This document shows, in pieces, positions 1 through 8,016 of a DNA stretch of 64,000 nucleotides (position 1 is its first letter; every line of letters begins with the position of its first letter). The stretch lies in the NCBI GenBank assembly GCA_022601395.1, contig JAJACS010000005.1:4825-68824 (forward strand), given 5' to 3'. The stretch is from Chlamydiia bacterium (lineage in GTDB: Bacteria > Chlamydiota > Chlamydiia > Chlamydiales > GCA-2402025). The position numbers were made by a program, and so were the translations under genes. Below the pieces are notes generated by a model. It was given only the letters and a program-made list of their open reading frames with translations, ran no database searches and was not told the DNA's origin.

Positions 1-382
1 GAGAAGAAGTATGTTCTTCTGCTTGCTCTTCCTCGATTTCGTGATTTGCATCTTCATCGAATTGATCTTCAGATCTAAGCTTTGTATCTGCGTATTCTCT
101 TAAAAGAACAAACAATGCAGAAGTAAAAAAGACAACAGGAAGAACGACTTTCCATGTGATCTTGTAGTGGTTTGTTACAAAAAGACCTCCGAATACGATA
201 ATAGAAACACACATTTCGTAGAACTTTCGTAGTAAAATTTGCCTAACAGCAAGTGAAATTCCTATTACAAGAGCAAAGCTTGGCCACCAGTTATCTATAA
301 TCGAAATGATTCCAAGGCCAATAAAAAATACGATTAAAGAATATGCTTGCGCTCTTCTTTTTGATACCCACTGCTTTCTCAT
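1..382 (-). CDS. Partial CDS (3' end runs off the window): small multi-pass membrane protein with acidic C-terminal tail, function unknown
   Basis: Own translation of the minus strand from ATG (382-380): MRKQWVSKRRAQAYSLIVFFIGLGIISIIDNWWPSFALVIGISLAV... It stays open to position 1, with hydrophobic helices followed by an E/D-rich tail. It is absent from the ORF track only because no stop lies in the window. Confidence 0.45.
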   Translation of the reverse strand, partial: MRKQWVSKRRAQAYSLIVFFIGLGIISIIDNWWPSFALVIGISLAVRQILLRKFYEMCVSIIVFGGLFVTNHYKITWKVVLPVVFFTSALFVLLREYADTKLRSEDQFDEDANHEIEEEQAEEHTSS

Positions 383-408
383 TATATACCGCTTTGCTTT
401 GTTATGAT

Positions 409-440
409 AAAAAAAGCTCCATACTTTAATGGAGCTTTTT
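409..440 (-). terminator. Rho-independent terminator just downstream of the DoxX-like gene (A-run and T-run on either side, possibly bidirectional)
   Basis: aaaaaGCTCCAT-acttta-ATGGAGCttttt. GC-core stem 416-422/429-435 is extendable to 12 bp, with a 6-nt loop, A7 on one side and T5 on the other. It starts 6 nt past the stop at 446. Confidence 0.55.
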
Positions 441-445
441 AAGCT

Positions 446-967
446 TTAACCTTCGTGATGATGATGTTCATCAGGAGGTCCTTGATTATCGTTGCACTCT
501 CCACGGAGTTTATTGCATGTGATTGCGTAGTCAATACTTGCTTTTCCACCCCCAGAGAACATAAACCAGAAAAAGATGAACATAAACAGAACTTCAGGTA
601 GATAAACGAAGTCTAAAAACCAAGAAATTGTAGATCCTGGTTGGATCATCGGTGCTCTTACTGTAAAAGTTGCTACAGCCATAATAATAAATAAGAACCA
701 TGAACTGATTGTTGTGATCAAACCAATTGCAAAAAACAGCCCGAATACAAGCTCCATAAGTGGAACAAGATATACAAAGACACTTGCAAGTGGTACGTTA
801 GCTTGATCTAAGATCTGAGCAAGCATTTCTCTTTTTTCTGATAAAAATAATTTTCCAAGGCCTGAAATGGCAAAAAATATTCCGACAAATATTCTTATGA
901 TGAATATCGGGAACCATTGGCCGTGTGGAATAATCCTATTTGAATAGGAAATGTTTCTGCAAACCAT
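446..967 (-). CDS. DoxX-family integral membrane protein
   Basis: 173-aa ORF with four hydrophobic helices. The N-terminal helix pattern FFAISGLGKLF is typical of DoxX/DoxD-like proteins. The C-terminus is PPDEHHHHEG. Confidence 0.6.
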   Translation of the reverse strand: MVCRNISYSNRIIPHGQWFPIFIIRIFVGIFFAISGLGKLFLSEKREMLAQILDQANVPLASVFVYLVPLMELVFGLFFAIGLITTISSWFLFIIMAVATFTVRAPMIQPGSTISWFLDFVYLPEVLFMFIFFWFMFSGGGKASIDYAITCNKLRGECNDNQGPPDEHHHHEG

Positions 968-1076
968 AAGTATATCCTCTTTTTATGAACGCAGCGCTAT
1001 TTCATAACATACGTCTAACTTGTTTTATTAAAGTAAAGGGGACAATCATGCAAGAAATTTATTTAGATAGAAAATT

Positions 1077-1101
1077 GCGCATACAAAGAGTGTGTATGCG
1101 C
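1077..1101 (-). terminator. Hairpin downstream of the SpoIID-like gene (possible terminator)
   Basis: GCGCATACA-aagagtg-TGTATGCGC is a perfect 9-bp stem, 15 nt past the TAA at 1116-1118. Only a short T-rich tract (aattttc) follows on the minus strand. Confidence 0.4.
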
Positions 1102-1115
1102 ACTATAAAAAGAGG

Positions 1116-2342
1116 TTATAAAGTATCTGCTACTTCTTTTGGTTTAGAAAGCATCTTACCATGAGCAGAAAAAGTTCTTTCAGGTAGGGAGTGGATCTGT
1201 TCAATATGGCTGTATGGATAGAAAATGCCGAGGATTTCAGGAGCTGAATCTCCTCTTTTTGCCATTTGAGTTGCGCTGTAAATACAGAGACCAACGCTAC
1301 ACCCTTCACCAAAACCGTCAAAAATTACGGAGTTTCCTTCCATTCTTACACTGAAGTCATTGCTAAGTAGGTTGCTTTTACCAAGACCCTTTTGAAGATG
1401 GAAGAAGTCCACTTCCTTACTGTGTGAACCATCTTGTACTCTGATAGCGTAAACTTTTTCTGAGCTACTATCAATATAGAGATCAAGATTTGTAATTCTG
1501 TTTGTTTTTGCTATCTTTGCAATCTTTGATTTATCTACTGAAAATGACCAGTGATGCTCTTTACGCGCTGTAGCAGCAAAAGCAGATTTGATCCCTCCAG
1601 GAGAGGAAATGTTTTTTCTGAAAATTGAATGGTAACTAGCAGTTTTCCCTGCGCAGTTTTCATTCCAAGTTGTTGCAAAAGGTTGCTTTTCATAGGTCAT
1701 CACAAGAAAGCGTGTATTGTCAACAGCGCGATCTACGTTCTGGTTAAACATAGTAGCAGCAAGTCCGCGATAGTCGACCTCTTTAGCATCTACGTGCCAA
1801 TAAGCATCTTTATTATGCAAAACCTGATAATACACGTTAGTTCTTTCAACGATAGCAAGAGCGTCTGTTACAACGTCATGGATGTGATCTGCAAATCGTG
1901 GAGTTAGAATAGATTTTAAATAGCTCTCTACATCAACCTCGTTAATAATACAAACCTTGTTATCAACATGAAACACTTCGAGGTTACCTTGGTATTGGAC
2001 ACCATTAACGAGAATAGAAGAATCCTTTCCCTTTGCATTGATTTTTAGTTGATAAATACCAAGAAAATTTTCTCCCCATTTGATGCCTTCCTTGTGTGGG
2101 TAAAGGAAGAATCGCTTTCCTTTTACTCCAGAGCTCACCATCTTTTTAGCAAGAGGATCATACACTTGGTAAGTTCCTTTTACCTCAACAAGCGCGCCTT
2201 CAGCGTCTTTAAGAAGCAGTACTTTTACCATTGCAGGTTTACTATCATCAGGCTCTTGTTTGGCTTCTTCTTGTGTAGAAGCGAAGCAAGAGATTGCTGT
2301 AAATAGTAGAGCAGCATTTAAGATTTTCTTCAGCCGTATCAT
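1116..2342 (-). CDS. spoIID: SpoIID/LytB-domain protein (peptidoglycan remodelling), exported
   Basis: 408 aa with an N-terminal signal sequence (MIRLKKILNAALLFTAISCFA). The blocks VDVESYLKSILTPRF...ALAIVERTNVYY and NENCAGKTASYHSIF resemble the SpoIID signature blocks. A 4-nt ATGA overlap with the ruvB stop suggests co-transcription. Confidence 0.7.
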   Translation of the reverse strand: MIRLKKILNAALLFTAISCFASTQEEAKQEPDDSKPAMVKVLLLKDAEGALVEVKGTYQVYDPLAKKMVSSGVKGKRFFLYPHKEGIKWGENFLGIYQLKINAKGKDSSILVNGVQYQGNLEVFHVDNKVCIINEVDVESYLKSILTPRFADHIHDVVTDALAIVERTNVYYQVLHNKDAYWHVDAKEVDYRGLAATMFNQNVDRAVDNTRFLVMTYEKQPFATTWNENCAGKTASYHSIFRKNISSPGGIKSAFAATARKEHHWSFSVDKSKIAKIAKTNRITNLDLYIDSSSEKVYAIRVQDGSHSKEVDFFHLQKGLGKSNLLSNDFSVRMEGNSVIFDGFGEGCSVGLCIYSATQMAKRGDSAPEILGIFYPYSHIEQIHSLPERTFSAHGKMLSKPKEVADTL

Positions 2343-3361
2343 GAAATTTCTCCATCATTATGTTGTGAGGGGTAAGGACGGTTTAAGTGCTCATATGCAA
2401 GCTTCGTTGCTTGTCTGCCTCTAAGTGTGATCTTTAATAAGCCAAGCATCATCAAATAGGGCTCGTTTACTTCAATGAGCGTTGTGTCCTCTTCACCAAG
2501 AGCTGCAGCAAGTGTTTTAACGCCAACAGGTCCTCCCTCATGGTGATCTATTATCGTAGTTAGTATTTTTATGTCCATCTCATCTAAACCTTTTTCATCG
2601 ATTTCGAGCATTTTTAACGCTTTTTTCATTACGCTAAGGTCGATGCTTTTATGATTGTGCATCTCTGCATAATCTCTTGCCCATCTAAGAAGGTTGTTTG
2701 CAATACGTGGTGTGCCCCTTGATCTTTTTGCCATTTCGAGGCTCGCTTTAGTATCAATGGGCGCATCAAGAATGTGAGAGGATCGATCTATGATATTTTG
2801 CAGAACTTCTGCCGGGTAATAGTCAAGTCTTGATGTGAAGCCAAATCTTGTGCGAAGAGGGCTGCTAATAAGGCCAACTCTTGTTGTAGCTCCGATCAAA
2901 GTAAATCGATTCAGCTTTACTTGGACAGACCTTGCGCTTGGTCCGGAGTCTAAAAGAAGATCCAAAGAAAAGTCTTCCATAGCAGGGTAGAGGTACTCTT
3001 CGATATTTCGGTTCACCCTATGGATTTCATCTATAAAAAGGATATCGCCTTCTTCGAGATTCGTCATCATTCCAGCAAGGTCCCCAGCTTTTTCTATAGC
3101 GGGGCCTGATGTAACAACGAGTCTTGATCCCATTTCATTTGCTATGATGCTGGCAAGTGTTGTTTTTCCAAGACCTGGAGGGCCATAAAACAGGCAGTGA
3201 CATGGAGATTCTTTTCTTTTTTTTGCCGCTCCAAGAAGAACATGTAGTTTATCTTTAAGAGCACTTTGTCCTTTAAAGTCTTTAAGGTTTTTTGGACGTA
3301 TCTCTTTTTCAAAAGATTCTTCTTCCTTTTCCCAAGTTGAGCTTGTGTAACTGCTTTCCAT
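2339..3361 (-). CDS. ruvB: Holliday junction branch migration helicase RuvB
   Basis: 340 aa. RPKNLKDFKGQ N-terminus, Walker A GPPGLGKTTLA, Walker B FIDEIHRV, and a full-length AAA+ fold plus winged-helix layout. Confidence 0.97.
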   Translation of the reverse strand: MESSYTSSTWEKEEESFEKEIRPKNLKDFKGQSALKDKLHVLLGAAKKRKESPCHCLFYGPPGLGKTTLASIIANEMGSRLVVTSGPAIEKAGDLAGMMTNLEEGDILFIDEIHRVNRNIEEYLYPAMEDFSLDLLLDSGPSARSVQVKLNRFTLIGATTRVGLISSPLRTRFGFTSRLDYYPAEVLQNIIDRSSHILDAPIDTKASLEMAKRSRGTPRIANNLLRWARDYAEMHNHKSIDLSVMKKALKMLEIDEKGLDEMDIKILTTIIDHHEGGPVGVKTLAAALGEEDTTLIEVNEPYLMMLGLLKITLRGRQATKLAYEHLNRPYPSQHNDGEIS

Positions 3362-3488
3362 AATGCACTCCTTAAGAAAAAATCTAGCAAGAAAAGGAAT
3401 TCAAACGCTATATCTATCTTTAAAAATGGAAAAAAAAATGTGGCTTTCACCATTATAGAGAACACACATTTTAAAAAGGGGACAAAAC

Positions 3489-4055
3489 ATGAGTTTGCAA
3501 TCAGATCGTTGGATCAAGAAAATGGCTAAAGAAGAGGGTATGATAGAGCCTTTCGAAGAAGGTCAAATCAAAGAAGTAGATGGAAAAAGAGTAGTAAGCT
3601 ACGGACTTTCCAGCTATGGCTATGATCTTCGTGTAGGGAACAAGTTCAAGGTATTCACAAATGTTTATAATAGCATTGTGGATCCTAAGAATTTCCAAGA
3701 AGACTCTTTTGTTGATATCGAAGGAGATTTCTGCATTATCCCTCCAAACTCATTTGCTCTTGCTATGAGTGTGGAATATTTCCGTATACCAAGAAGTGTT
3801 CTTACTCTTTGTATCGGAAAGTCTACTTACGCAAGATGCGGGATGATTGTGAATGTAACACCATTTGAACCAGAGTGGGAAGGGTATGTAACTCTTGAGA
3901 TTTCCAACACAACTCCTCTTCCAGCAAAGATTTATGCAAATGAAGGACTTGCTCAAGTGCTTTTCTACAAAGCTGATGGCATTTGTGAGACTTCATATAA
4001 AGATAGAAGTGGAAAGTATATGAAGCAGATGGACATCACTGTACCCATTACATAA
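3489..4055 (+). CDS. dcd: dCTP deaminase
   Basis: 188 aa. SDRWIKKM...IEPF N-terminus, YGYDLRVG, and [21 protein letters not shown], which is typical of Dcd. Confidence 0.95.
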   Translation: MSLQSDRWIKKMAKEEGMIEPFEEGQIKEVDGKRVVSYGLSSYGYDLRVGNKFKVFTNVYNSIVDPKNFQEDSFVDIEGDFCIIPPNSFALAMSVEYFRIPRSVLTLCIGKSTYARCGMIVNVTPFEPEWEGYVTLEISNTTPLPAKIYANEGLAQVLFYKADGICETSYKDRSGKYMKQMDITVPIT

Positions 4056-4228
4056 ATTTTTCTAATTTCTGTTTTGCATTTTTATTTTTTGATTGCATAA
4101 TGCTTTTTTGCGGCGGCCTATGTTTATAGGCTTCCGCTGCTGAAAATCTTTATTCTTGTACACACTTTTACTGTGTGCTATGGGTAAGTTAAGGGTCATT
4201 GTATGTAAATAGTTGTAACTGCGATTTA

Positions 4229-4603
4229 ATGAAAAGCTACGTTTATAGAAATAAGAAAGTGAGCAAAAAGAGCTCTTCTTTTACTCGTTTTAAAGACTTG
4301 ATCAAGTCTTCATGGTGGGTTGTTGCTTTTTGTTTATTTACATATATGCTTGCAAATCAGTCGTTTTCCTTAAAAAAAGGTAAGCTCCAAGAGCTAGAGC
4401 AGCAATATCTATCTCTTGAAGCAAAGCGCCAAGAGGCTATGATGCAAAAAGAAAGACTTCTTGTGCACCTGGATAGTCACGCCGATCCTGAGTTCATTTC
4501 AATGGTTCTTAAGAAAAAGTTAGGCGTTGTTCCAGAAGGGCAAATTAAAGTGCACTTTAAAAAAGATGGAAGTGGTATACAGTCATATTTTGATGAACTA
4601 TAA
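4229..4603 (+). CDS. FtsB/DivIC-like septum formation initiator family protein (single TM plus coiled coil)
   Basis: One TM helix (WWVVAFCLFTYMLA) is followed by a coiled coil and a C-terminal DPEFISMVLKKKLGVVPEGQIKVHF, resembling the DivIC/FtsB C-terminal motif. The track ORF opens at TTG 4199; the first ATG is at 4229. Confidence 0.45.
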   Translation: MKSYVYRNKKVSKKSSSFTRFKDLIKSSWWVVAFCLFTYMLANQSFSLKKGKLQELEQQYLSLEAKRQEAMMQKERLLVHLDSHADPEFISMVLKKKLGVVPEGQIKVHFKKDGSGIQSYFDEL

Positions 4604-4624
4604 GATATAATTCACTTTTAGCTA

Positions 4625-5908
4625 ATGCTTCTTACATTTCTTATTATAGCTCTTTGTCTCTTAATTTCATGTTCAGCGTTTATGTCGGCGACTGAAACTT
4701 CTTTTTTCTCCCTGTCTACAATGAAAATAAGAGCTTTTAAGATAGGTAAAGAGAAAAGAGGCAAGCTCGTCGCAAGGTTGATCTCCAATCCAAGAAAACT
4801 TCTTGTTACGATATTGATACTAAATGTCATTATGAACATTTTAGTACAAAACGTTGTAGCGAGTATCTTTGGCACTGACTCTGGCCTTTTGTTAAATGTT
4901 GTAGTACCTCTTGCTCTGACTCTTGTTTTTGGTGAGGTTATCCCAAAGTCCTTAGCTCTTTCTAACAATGCAAAAATGGCAAGTTTTGCTGCGCCAACGA
5001 TTCATTTTGCAGAAAAAGCAATAGGTCCACTTCGTGATGCGATAACGTTTTTGACAAGCAACATTTCTCGCATTATGTTTTTCTTTTTAAAGAAGGAAAG
5101 AGGGGTTTCTCTCGATGAGCTGAAGGTAGCTCTTCGTACTTCAAAAAGATTTGGCTTTTTGAATACAGAAGAGGCGAAGCTTGTAAGAGGGTATTTAAAT
5201 CTTGATGATGACCTTGTTAAAGAGATTGTTCAGCCAAGGCAAGAGATCGTAGCATTTAACTTAGAGCACCCTGTTTCGGCTTTAAAGAACTTATTTGTGG
5301 AAGAGCAATGTTCTAGAATCCCAGTATATAGCAAAGATATAGAAAACATAATTGGGATCATTTCAAGCAGTAGTTTCTTTCTGCATCAAAAGGGGATACA
5401 TACAGCAGAGGAGCTGAAAGAGCACTTGCAGAAGCCATTTTTTGTGCCTGAATCTACCCCTGCAAAGATGCTTCTTTGCCAGTTTTATGAAAGAGAAGAG
5501 TCCATGGCTATTGTTGTGGATGAATATGGCTCTTTGTCAGGTCTTGTAACACTTGAAGACCTTGTTGAGATTGTTGTAGGTCAGATCGTTGATAAAAGAG
5601 ATGAAAAGCATCTTTATACAAGAGCTGGAGAAGATGTTATTATAGCAAGTGGTAAGATGGAACTTTCTGAGTTTGAAGAGGTATTTGATTTTCATCTAAA
5701 TAGCGACAATAACATGGCAACGATTGGGGGGTGGCTCACAGAAAAACTTGGTGACCTGCCTAAAGAAGGAACAAAGTATGTGACAGATGAGTTTTTGTTT
5801 CACGTGCTTTCTTCAGATGAAAAGCGTATTAGAAGGATCTATATACGCAAACTTACACCTCTTCATGTAAGGCGAAAAGATAAAAAGATGAGTAAAGATG
5901 ACAAGTAA
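4625..5908 (+). CDS. CNNM/TlyC-CorC family protein (DUF21 membrane domain + CBS pair + CorC/HlyC C-terminal domain)
   Basis: 427 aa. An N-terminal 4-TM DUF21-like region (SATETSFFSL), a central CBS-pair region (IPVY...IIGIIS; AIVVDEYGSLSGLVTLEDLVEIVG), and a C-terminal transporter-associated domain. Confidence 0.85.
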   Translation: MLLTFLIIALCLLISCSAFMSATETSFFSLSTMKIRAFKIGKEKRGKLVARLISNPRKLLVTILILNVIMNILVQNVVASIFGTDSGLLLNVVVPLALTLVFGEVIPKSLALSNNAKMASFAAPTIHFAEKAIGPLRDAITFLTSNISRIMFFFLKKERGVSLDELKVALRTSKRFGFLNTEEAKLVRGYLNLDDDLVKEIVQPRQEIVAFNLEHPVSALKNLFVEEQCSRIPVYSKDIENIIGIISSSSFFLHQKGIHTAEELKEHLQKPFFVPESTPAKMLLCQFYEREESMAIVVDEYGSLSGLVTLEDLVEIVVGQIVDKRDEKHLYTRAGEDVIIASGKMELSEFEEVFDFHLNSDNNMATIGGWLTEKLGDLPKEGTKYVTDEFLFHVLSSDEKRIRRIYIRKLTPLHVRRKDKKMSKDDK

Positions 5909-7136
5909 TGCCTGGCAATATTTTTTGATCCTTGTGTTTGTTTCTCTTGTAGTGGAGTCATTCTTCTCTATGATGGAGATGTCTTGTGTGTCTTTTAACA
6001 AAGTACGACTGCAGTATTATATAAGTAAAGGCAACAGGCGAGCAAAGTGGATCAGTGAACTCTTAAATTCTCCTGCGAAGCTTTTTGGAACGACACTTAT
6101 TGGTGTAAATGCTGCTTTGCAGTTTGGATCAGAATGTGCCAGACAGTTCTATCAATCTCTTGGATTAAGCCCAGATTGGGCAGCGCTTTCTCAGATTTTT
6201 CTGGTTTTGATTTTAGCAGAGCTTGCTCCGATGTTTGCAGCAAGGCGGTATGCTGAGCATGTTTGCATGCTTGGGATACCAGTCATTTATGTGTTTTCGA
6301 AGATCATGGTGCCGGTCATCTGGTTATTAAATGCGATCTGTTATGTGATTAATAAGCTTTTTAAGATTCCTGCGTCGCATGGCATGCATTTAACAAGAGA
6401 AGAACTTCAAAAAGCGATTGAAGCAAGAGAAGACAAAGAGAGCTCTGAGCAGACAGACTTTGATACTGTTGTGGCAAATATTTTTACACTTAAGAACAAG
6501 ACCTCTAAAGACCTTATGCACCCCATCGAAAAGGGAAAGCTTGTTCCTTCAAGTTGTACAGCAGAGCATATCAGAGAGGCTTTGAACTTTGAGTATTTCC
6601 CTTACCTTCCTGTTTTCCATATCTCCAAGCAAAATATTGTAGCGGTTGTATATCCGAGAGATTTACTTATGCTTGAGGATCATACTCAGGTAAGAGAGTT
6701 TGCAAAACCACCATGGTTTATTCTAGAAAAGAACTCCGTTCTGCAGATTCTAAAGCAGTTTAGAAAAAACAATCAAAGTGTTGCTATTGTTCTAAATCAG
6801 TCGGGTCTTGCAACAGGAATACTTACGTTAGACATGGTGATTGAAGAAATTTTTGGTTCGAAGGAATATTGGACAGCATCTGATGTGATTTCACAAAAAG
6901 AGCAAGTGATCATTGAAAAGTCGTTTGCAGGTTCTGCGAAAATTGATGAAATCAATAAAAAATTGAATATCCACCTTCGTTCTGATGGAGTTGTAACTTT
7001 AGAGGAGCTTATGATCAAAGAGCTTGGTCATAGGCCAAACAAAGGTGAGTCTGTGCGTGTAGATCAATATGAGCTTACTATGGAAGAAACTGGGCTTCTA
7101 AAGGGTAAAAGAATTTCTATAAAAACGGTGTTCTAA
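5898..7136 (+). CDS. Second CNNM/TlyC-CorC family paralog (DUF21 + CBS pair + CorC/HlyC)
   Basis: 412 aa with the same architecture (EMSCVSFNKVRL; AIVLNQSGLATGILTLDMVIEEIFG). It overlaps the upstream paralog by 11 nt. Confidence 0.85.
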   Translation: MTSNAWQYFLILVFVSLVVESFFSMMEMSCVSFNKVRLQYYISKGNRRAKWISELLNSPAKLFGTTLIGVNAALQFGSECARQFYQSLGLSPDWAALSQIFLVLILAELAPMFAARRYAEHVCMLGIPVIYVFSKIMVPVIWLLNAICYVINKLFKIPASHGMHLTREELQKAIEAREDKESSEQTDFDTVVANIFTLKNKTSKDLMHPIEKGKLVPSSCTAEHIREALNFEYFPYLPVFHISKQNIVAVVYPRDLLMLEDHTQVREFAKPPWFILEKNSVLQILKQFRKNNQSVAIVLNQSGLATGILTLDMVIEEIFGSKEYWTASDVISQKEQVIIEKSFAGSAKIDEINKKLNIHLRSDGVVTLEELMIKELGHRPNKGESVRVDQYELTMEETGLLKGKRISIKTVF

Positions 7137-7145
7137 AGCAGTATA

Positions 7146-7904
7146 TCAGACTACCCTAGGAACTGTCTGAGCCAAACTTATAAAACGACGTCTCATTACA
7201 TTAGGAAGTACGGGTGACATCATTCTAGTACACGGGACATCACAATGATCGAATGAAATTGTCCCTACCTTTTCTTCTAAGCTAGCTACGAGATCAGGAT
7301 TTGTAACTTGATTATATGCACATGCTAAGAAAATATTACGAACCCTTGTATTAACTACTGCATCTCTATCGCTAGATCTATCAAAGAGGTAGCCAGTAAT
7401 CATTTGAGCCATCGGAACAAGATCGCAAGCAATGCAATCTACTTCTTGTTCTAGGGGTTGTGTCGTAGTATGAAAGTGTGTTGCGAGTCCCAGAATTTCA
7501 GAAGGTGAAATAGCTAGTCTAGTAGACCCTTCTCTAAAATATTTTTTAAGAGTCTGTCTGTCAAGAGCAGTAATTTCGCGTTTCAAAAAATCAGTTACAG
7601 GTGTTTCGATTTCTTCAAAGACTTTTGGAATAGTAACTGTGTACCTACTATCATCGAGCTCTTGACCATCATGAAACTCTTCATAATTAATAGGCCTTAT
7701 TTCATCATTTACTATTTCAAATAGTCGAACTAAAACTTTTTCAACAAGAAAGGCTGTACCTTCAAAATTAGTTTGCTTGAGAGCTGCTAAGCCGCAAGGA
7801 ACTGCTTGAGAATGATCTAGAGTAACTCTTTCATCAATGAGAAAGGGCACTCCTTGTTCCTGAGCTTCTGTAATCTTTGTTTTCAGTAGAGGTGTTAAAC
7901 GCAT
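7146..7904 (-). CDS. Hypothetical cytoplasmic protein (no recognisable domain), divergent partner of the CD38-like gene
   Basis: 252-aa ORF with an ATG start, no TM segment or signal peptide, and no motif I recognise. Its stop is only 9 nt from the convergent tlyC-like stop. Confidence 0.55.
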   Translation of the reverse strand: MRLTPLLKTKITEAQEQGVPFLIDERVTLDHSQAVPCGLAALKQTNFEGTAFLVEKVLVRLFEIVNDEIRPINYEEFHDGQELDDSRYTVTIPKVFEEIETPVTDFLKREITALDRQTLKKYFREGSTRLAISPSEILGLATHFHTTTQPLEQEVDCIACDLVPMAQMITGYLFDRSSDRDAVVNTRVRNIFLACAYNQVTNPDLVASLEEKVGTISFDHCDVPCTRMMSPVLPNVMRRRFISLAQTVPRVV

Positions 7905-8016
7905 AAAATTTTAAAATAGTTAAGTTAAGTTAAATGCTTTATTTTAATAGTGATATTATATCTGTCTGATTATATAATCAACGCTCTTTTAATTAAACAA
8001 AACAAAAAAAAGTAGC

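Noticed and set aside
449-478. C-terminal HHHH in the DoxX-like protein as a sign of an engineered His-tag or cloning artefact
   Set aside because: There are only four His residues embedded in PPDEHHHHEG, with no vector-like flanking sequence. Natural His-rich tails are common in membrane and metal-related proteins.
1048-1164. 38-aa ORF with a GGGGA Shine-Dalgarno-like sequence (MQEIYLDRKLRIQRVCMRT...) between the DoxX and SpoIID genes
   Set aside because: It runs through the putative SpoIID terminator hairpin and into the antisense 3' end of spoIID. It has no recognisable features and is most likely fortuitous.
4110-4137. GC-rich imperfect hairpin (GCGGCGGCCTAT-gttt-ATAGGCTTCCGC) after dcd as an intrinsic terminator
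   Set aside because: No U-tract follows on the plus strand; the T-run precedes the stem, and on the minus strand an A-run follows. It does not fit the canonical terminator layout and its function is left open.
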